From Marinobacter sp. (GTDB lineage Bacteria > Pseudomonadota > Gammaproteobacteria > Pseudomonadales > Oleiphilaceae), in contig NZ_JBDWCL010000017.1 in the NCBI RefSeq assembly GCF_039977835.1, positions 72,403 to 136,402 of the forward strand: a stretch of DNA of 64,000 bases. Reading direction: 5' to 3'. A program made the translations under genes and the position numbers. The notes under the pieces were generated by a model. It did not search any database. It was not told the DNA's origin and was given only the letters and a program-made list of their open reading frames with translations. Positions 59,327 to 64,000 of this stretch are shown piece after piece (position 1 is the first letter of the stretch; every line of letters starts with the position of its first letter).

Positions 59327-61113
59327 GGTGTATCGCCCTCGTCAGATGGTGTTTCCCGTTCCTGGTATTGTTGCAGGAATTTTCTTCGCAGCAGGCCTCC
59401 CGGATTGTCCGGAATGCGTCTGAGCCATTGCTCCTGGCCCTGGCTTAGTGGCGAGGTTTCCAACTCCGCCGGCGAGCGGGTCGCCTGGCCATCGTTTTCA
59501 TTGCTCTGGGCGTTGCTTTGATCTTCCTGTCCTGGCGACGGGTCCTGTTCCTGGTTGTCGCTGTCGCCGTCCGGTTGTTGATTATTCTGCCGCTGGTCGC
59601 CGGGCTGCCCGGATGACTGTCCTTGCTGGTTCTCCCTTTCCGGATCGCCCTGGGAATTTTGCTGATTACCCTTTTGTTGCTGGTTGCCCTGTTGTTGCTG
59701 GTTGCCGTCCTGATCCGAGGAGTCATTTCCTTCCCCTCCCGACTGATCCTGCTGTTGCTCCAGGAGCTGCTTTACCAGGTCACGGTTAAATAGGGCATCG
59801 TCATGATCCGGTTGGTTTTTCAGCACTTTTTCGTAGGCTTTCAGCGCTTCTTCCAGCTTGCCAGCTCGAGCCAATGCATTGCCCCGATTGTATTCCGCCG
59901 ATGGGGTTTCAGCCCGGGCAAAGGCTTCAGCAGCGCTCCCGAAGTCGCCCTCCCGGTAGAGCGCGCTGCCGCGCCAGGCAGGATCATCCAGAATTTGTGC
60001 CGCACGGCCCGGATCTTTTTCAATCAGTTCAGGGGCCCGCTGGTCCTGTCGCGACCACAGGCTGTCCCAGTCCAGCGCCATGGCCGGACGGGGTGTGAGG
60101 GGGAGCAGTGCCAACAGCATGACGACCATGGCCCCACGGCGCCATCCGATAAGTGCCAGCGGTGCTGCCAGCCAGAGTAGCCAGTAGCCATCGTCCTGCC
60201 AGCGTTTGACGGTCAGGTCCCGGTCGCTGTCTCTCCAGTCCGCGGAGTCGATGGGGCGGAGCTCCAGGGCAAGAATATCGTCATCGGTAATGGTCAACCC
60301 GTGGCTGCTGCCATTGTTCCTGCGCGCCAGCCTGGCCATGCCGTCCGGGTCGGCCCGGGCAATGACGATGTCGCCGTTTTCTTTAATGAATCCCTGCCGA
60401 GCCAGTGGTATTGGCCCACCCTCTGCAGTTCCGACGGTGAGCGTGCTCAGAGCAAAGCGGCTGGCCCCGAGGTTGTCAGTGATGCGCTTGCGATAGCGTT
60501 CTCCTACCTCGTCAGCGATCAACAGCATACGTCCCTTGCCTGGCGCTCCCTGCTCAAGTAATTCAAGACCGCGCTGAATGCCCAGGTCCGTGCGGTTCCC
60601 GGTGGCGGGCATGATAACGGGCTCCAGCACGTCGAGCATGCCTTCGATGGTGTTGCGGTCATCGGTCAGTGGCGTGACCACATGGGCATCTCCTGCATAA
60701 ACCACCAGCGCTGTCAGGGCGCCTTCGCGAGCCCTGAGAATATCGCGGATCTTGCGTTTGGCCACCGTCAGCCGGTCAGGTTCCACATCGGTTGCCAGCA
60801 TGGACAGCGACAGGTCCAGTACGATCACCAGACTGTCGTCTTGCTGCTGTAACGGGGTGGGCGCCTGGCGCCACGAAGGCCCGGCAAGCGCAATCGCCAG
60901 TACGACGACAGCTGCCACTGCCGGCCATACGGGTGATTTACGGGGCGTACCGTCAGCGCCGGACTGACTGATCATGGGTCGAAGTAATCTCGCCGGGATG
61001 ATTTTGCTCCAGCCACTGTCGCTCAGGTGAAAGCGCCTTAAAATCAGGGGCAACAGCAAGGCCGCCAGCAACAACAGTAACCAGAGTGGGCGGAGGAAGT
61101 GGAAATCAGCCAT
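59320..61113 (-). CDS. VWA + TPR protein (BatB/BatC-like fusion)
   Basis: DLSLSM MIDAS, YAGDAH, TPR (YNRGNALA), Q/N/G-rich tail, WLRRIPDNPGGLLRRKF. Confidence 0.88.
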   Translation of the reverse strand: MADFHFLRPLWLLLLLAALLLPLILRRFHLSDSGWSKIIPARLLRPMISQSGADGTPRKSPVWPAVAAVVVLAIALAGPSWRQAPTPLQQQDDSLVIVLDLSLSMLATDVEPDRLTVAKRKIRDILRAREGALTALVVYAGDAHVVTPLTDDRNTIEGMLDVLEPVIMPATGNRTDLGIQRGLELLEQGAPGKGRMLLIADEVGERYRKRITDNLGASRFALSTLTVGTAEGGPIPLARQGFIKENGDIVIARADPDGMARLARRNNGSSHGLTITDDDILALELRPIDSADWRDSDRDLTVKRWQDDGYWLLWLAAPLALIGWRRGAMVVMLLALLPLTPRPAMALDWDSLWSRQDQRAPELIEKDPGRAAQILDDPAWRGSALYREGDFGSAAEAFARAETPSAEYNRGNALARAGKLEEALKAYEKVLKNQPDHDDALFNRDLVKQLLEQQQDQSGGEGNDSSDQDGNQQQQGNQQQKGNQQNSQGDPERENQQGQSSGQPGDQRQNNQQPDGDSDNQEQDPSPGQEDQSNAQSNENDGQATRSPAELETSPLSQGQEQWLRRIPDNPGGLLRRKFLQQYQERETPSDEGDTPW

Positions 61114-62128
61114 TGCCTGCCTCCTGTGCCGGGTTTACCGATTGGCGTCCGGCGCCTGCAATCCTGACCCCCTGCATCAATACCCATATAAGTGCTGCAA
61201 AGCCTGCAGGCCAGGCATAGAGTTCGGTCACGGGGCGGTAGTGCTTGCCCTCCAGCTCGATCGGCTCCAGTTGGTTAATGCTTTCGTAGATCAGTTCCAG
61301 CTCGGGCAGACTGCGGGCCCGGAAATACTCTCCGCCGGTTTGCTGCGCTACACGCTTCAGCAGCTCTTCGTCCAGATCCCGTGAGGGATTGACACGGCGG
61401 GAGCCAAGCAATCCGCGCTGAACCATGGATTCGGCGCCGATGCCGATGGTGTAAATGCGCACGCCGGCAGCCCTGGCAATCTCGGCGGCTTTGTCCGGGG
61501 CAATTTCTCCCGCCGTATTGGCGCCATCGGTCAGCAGGATGACAACCCGCTGTTCCTGGGGGCGGTCCCGCAGGCGTTTTACCGCCAGGCCCAGCGCATC
61601 GCCGATGGCTGTCGCACGGCCAGCCATGCCAATGCCTGCTTCATTGAGCAAGGTTTTCACTGTGGCCCGGTCAAACGTCAGTGGCGCCTGGATATAGGGC
61701 TCGGTACCAAACAGCAGGAGCCCGAGCCTGTCGCCTTCCCGGCGCTGAATGAAATCATCGAGGACCCGCTTGACCGCCTGCAGCCGATTTATGCTGCGGC
61801 CCTGGATCACCATGTCCTGTTCGTCCATCGAAGGAGAAATGTCCACTGCCAGCAGGAGGTCACGCCCGCTGACGGGAAGCTGTACCTGCTCTCCCACATG
61901 CTGTGGCCGGGCCAGTGCTACCACCAGCAGAAGCCACATCAGCAGCGTCACCAACTGTTGCCAGAGAGGGACCCGGCTGCCACTGCGGCTGACGCCTGGC
62001 AGATCGGACAGCCAATGGCCAACCGGAAAAACCGGTGCTTCCACAGACTGGGCACTGCGACGGCGCAGGCGCAGAAGCAGCGGCAGCAAGGCCAGCAACA
62101 ACAACCATGGATAGGCAAGGGTCAGCAT
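61106..62128 (-). CDS. VWA protein (BatA-like)
   Basis: AYPWLLL N-terminus, DISPSM, QAPLTFD, TAIGDA, LLTDG. Confidence 0.9.
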   Translation of the reverse strand: MLTLAYPWLLLLALLPLLLRLRRRSAQSVEAPVFPVGHWLSDLPGVSRSGSRVPLWQQLVTLLMWLLLVVALARPQHVGEQVQLPVSGRDLLLAVDISPSMDEQDMVIQGRSINRLQAVKRVLDDFIQRREGDRLGLLLFGTEPYIQAPLTFDRATVKTLLNEAGIGMAGRATAIGDALGLAVKRLRDRPQEQRVVILLTDGANTAGEIAPDKAAEIARAAGVRIYTIGIGAESMVQRGLLGSRRVNPSRDLDEELLKRVAQQTGGEYFRARSLPELELIYESINQLEPIELEGKHYRPVTELYAWPAGFAALIWVLMQGVRIAGAGRQSVNPAQEAGNG

Positions 62129-62592
62129 TTCTGCCCTCCCAGCCAAACCCTGGCAAAGGCGACGGCTTCCTCTGGTCGACAGCCGGGAACCGGGCGCCAT
62201 GCACTGTTAACCATGGCCTCGACCACCGGCCGGGATGCTACCCGGTCTTTCGGGCTGGTCTCGAGGAGAAAGCGGACCCAGGGTTCACCGGAGAGGGACT
62301 CCGGTATCCGTTCCGGGTAGCGCTGCCTGGCGGACTGTTTCAACAGCTGGTTCAGGGCGGCGAACCAGTGATTATCCGCCACGGCGTTCTGTTCCAGCCG
62401 CTGCAGTTCCTTCTTTGCCGTGCCCAGCCAACGGTTTTTGCTGCGCTTCTGCCGGAGGAGAACGAACGCCAGTACCACCAGTGTCAGGGCAATAGCCAAT
62501 AATATCCACCAGCCAGGGGCCGGGGGCCAGAAGCCTCCGGGTTGTGGCAGGTGTATGTCTCTGAGCTGGCTCAGTGGATCCTGTTCCATCAT
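62122..62592 (-). CDS. DUF4381-family membrane protein
   Basis: LSQLRDIHLP...WPPAPGWW, TM, LSGEPWVRFL. Confidence 0.88.
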   Translation of the reverse strand: MMEQDPLSQLRDIHLPQPGGFWPPAPGWWILLAIALTLVVLAFVLLRQKRSKNRWLGTAKKELQRLEQNAVADNHWFAALNQLLKQSARQRYPERIPESLSGEPWVRFLLETSPKDRVASRPVVEAMVNSAWRPVPGCRPEEAVAFARVWLGGQKC

Positions 62593-62610
62593 CGGTCTGA
62601 AGCGGTCCTG

Positions 62611-63558
62611 TTATCCAATGTGCCCACGGGGGCCGAGCAGTGTCTGCAGTATCAGTGCCGGCTGGTCGCTGGTCATGACGCTGGCGGGTTGTACACCTGC
62701 CATGCGGAAGCACTCTCCCAGCGCTTCGGTATGCTTACGGACCTTTTCGGCATACGCCTGCTGGAACCGGGGGTTGCTGCTGTCAAACCACACCGGCCCG
62801 TCTTCGCCGGCGATGGCAAAACGACCACTCTCGGGCAGTTTCAGCTCCAGCGGGTCAATAATCCTGAGTGCACTGACGCTATTGTGACGCGCCAGTGCTC
62901 CGAGTAACCGTGACGTGTCTGCGGTAATGTTGAGAAAATCACTGAGTACGAAAATACGACTGCCGGTGTGGGCGACCCGGCGAGCCTCCTGCAATGCGGT
63001 ATCCAGGTTCCGGTCCGGCTCGCCTGCCGGCTGCCGGTTCTGATCGTTACGGGATACCCGCTGCTGTTGTGCCACGGTATCAAGCAGCCTGAGTACCGAT
63101 TTCTTGCGGCGTGCAGGGCGCTGGACACTGAGGGTCCTGCCATTGAATACGATACCTCCCACCTGATCCCCGGACCCGAGTGCAAGCCATGCCAGGATGC
63201 CTGCCAGTTGCGCACAGCGAACCTGCTTGTACGCGCCGGTGCTGGCAAAGAAAAGCGACGGGCCAAGGTCACACAGCAACAACACCGGCCGCTCACGCTC
63301 CTCTTCATAAAGCTTGGTATGGGGCGATTGGCGCCGAGCTGTCACCCGCCAGTCAATACTGCGTATATCGTCACCGGGCTGATACTGTCTCACTTCGGCA
63401 AATGCCATGCCACGGCCCCTGCGGGGAGAACGCTGCAGCCCGGCCTGGCGGGATCTCACCGGCCGCGCCGCTGGCAGTTTCAGGGCGCGGGCATCCGCCT
63501 GCAGCCGGATCAGCCCGGGCAGTGAAATATGGGTGGCTGGCTCGTCAGATACGGTCAT
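62611..63558 (-). CDS. DUF58 protein
   Basis: GRGMAFAEVRQYQPGDDIRSIDWRVTAR, EERER, SDF. Confidence 0.93.
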   Translation of the reverse strand: MTVSDEPATHISLPGLIRLQADARALKLPAARPVRSRQAGLQRSPRRGRGMAFAEVRQYQPGDDIRSIDWRVTARRQSPHTKLYEEERERPVLLLCDLGPSLFFASTGAYKQVRCAQLAGILAWLALGSGDQVGGIVFNGRTLSVQRPARRKKSVLRLLDTVAQQQRVSRNDQNRQPAGEPDRNLDTALQEARRVAHTGSRIFVLSDFLNITADTSRLLGALARHNSVSALRIIDPLELKLPESGRFAIAGEDGPVWFDSSNPRFQQAYAEKVRKHTEALGECFRMAGVQPASVMTSDQPALILQTLLGPRGHIG

Positions 63559-63569
63559 GGTCACGGTGT

Positions 63570-64000
63570 TCAGGCGGTGACCGGAACGCGGTCGATGAGC
63601 CGCTGGATGATGGCATCCGCCGTCAGACCTTCGGCCTCTGCCTCGAATGTGAGCAGGATCCGATGTCTGAGTACATCAAAGGCAATGTTGCGGACATCGT
63701 CCGGGCTGACGTAATCCCGCCCCTCGAGCCAGGCCATGGCGCGGGCGCAACGGTCCAGCGCAATCGTGCCTCGCGGGCTGGCGCCAAACGCGGTCCAGCG
63801 TGCAAGCTCTGGGTCCAGGGTGGCCGGATCCCGGGTTGCCAGTACCAGTGCCAGCAGGTACTGCTCGACAGGCTCCGACATGTAGATATCTGAAACCTCA
63901 TTTCTGGCCTGGAAGACCTGATCTGCCGTCAGGCGGACTTCCGCCGCCACCTGGCCGCGCCGGTAGTCGTTTCTTGCCAGGTGCAGTATGGCTTTTTCGG
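63570..64000 (-). CDS. moxR: MoxR-family AAA+ ATPase, 3' end only; truncated by window end
   Basis: GASPRGTIAL, GRDYVSPDDV, VLRHRILL. Confidence 0.92.
   Translation of the reverse strand, partial: EKAILHLARNDYRRGQVAAEVRLTADQVFQARNEVSDIYMSEPVEQYLLALVLATRDPATLDPELARWTAFGASPRGTIALDRCARAMAWLEGRDYVSPDDVRNIAFDVLRHRILLTFEAEAEGLTADAIIQRLIDRVPVTA

Noticed and set aside
1-64000. tRNA, rRNA, prophage, integrase or anti-phage defence genes
   Set aside because: None recognisable; nearly all sequence is explained by conserved housekeeping, flagellar, chemotaxis, ccm and bat genes

Overview
GC-rich gammaproteobacterial chromosome segment that looks Marinobacter-like; this is inferred from gene content and order, not from a search. 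From left to right it holds: tamA (3' end)-tamB; a SIMPL/DUF541 gene; a tiny divergent ORF; an amidoligase + C26 glutamine-amidotransferase-like pair; lexA-sulA with an SOS box; two conserved hypothetical genes; a DUF1329 gene; a polar-flagellum and chemotaxis cluster (fliT-like, fleQ, fleSR, fliEFGHIJ, hsbA-hsbR-hptB, fliK, fliLMNOPQR, flhB, then an inserted opposite-strand upp-uraA-methyltransferase operon, then flhAF-fleN-fliA-cheYZAB-motCD, parA/parP-like, cheW, DUF2802); a second fliK-like gene coupled to a stand-alone FlhB C-terminal domain; the cytochrome c maturation operon ccmABCDEFGHI; and a convergent moxR-DUF58-DUF4381-VWA-VWA/TPR-batD operon cut by the window end. No rRNA, tRNA, CRISPR array or transposase was seen. 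Most of the window is conserved housekeeping DNA. The most unusual items are (1) two inverted copies of a ~100-180 bp palindromic element bracketing flhB, with a conserved core and arms that differ but co-vary, (2) the coupled amidoligase/C26 pair with a divergent active site next to lexA, (3) the FliK2/FlhB-CC pair, and (4) the uracil-salvage plus methyltransferase insertion that splits flhB from flhA.
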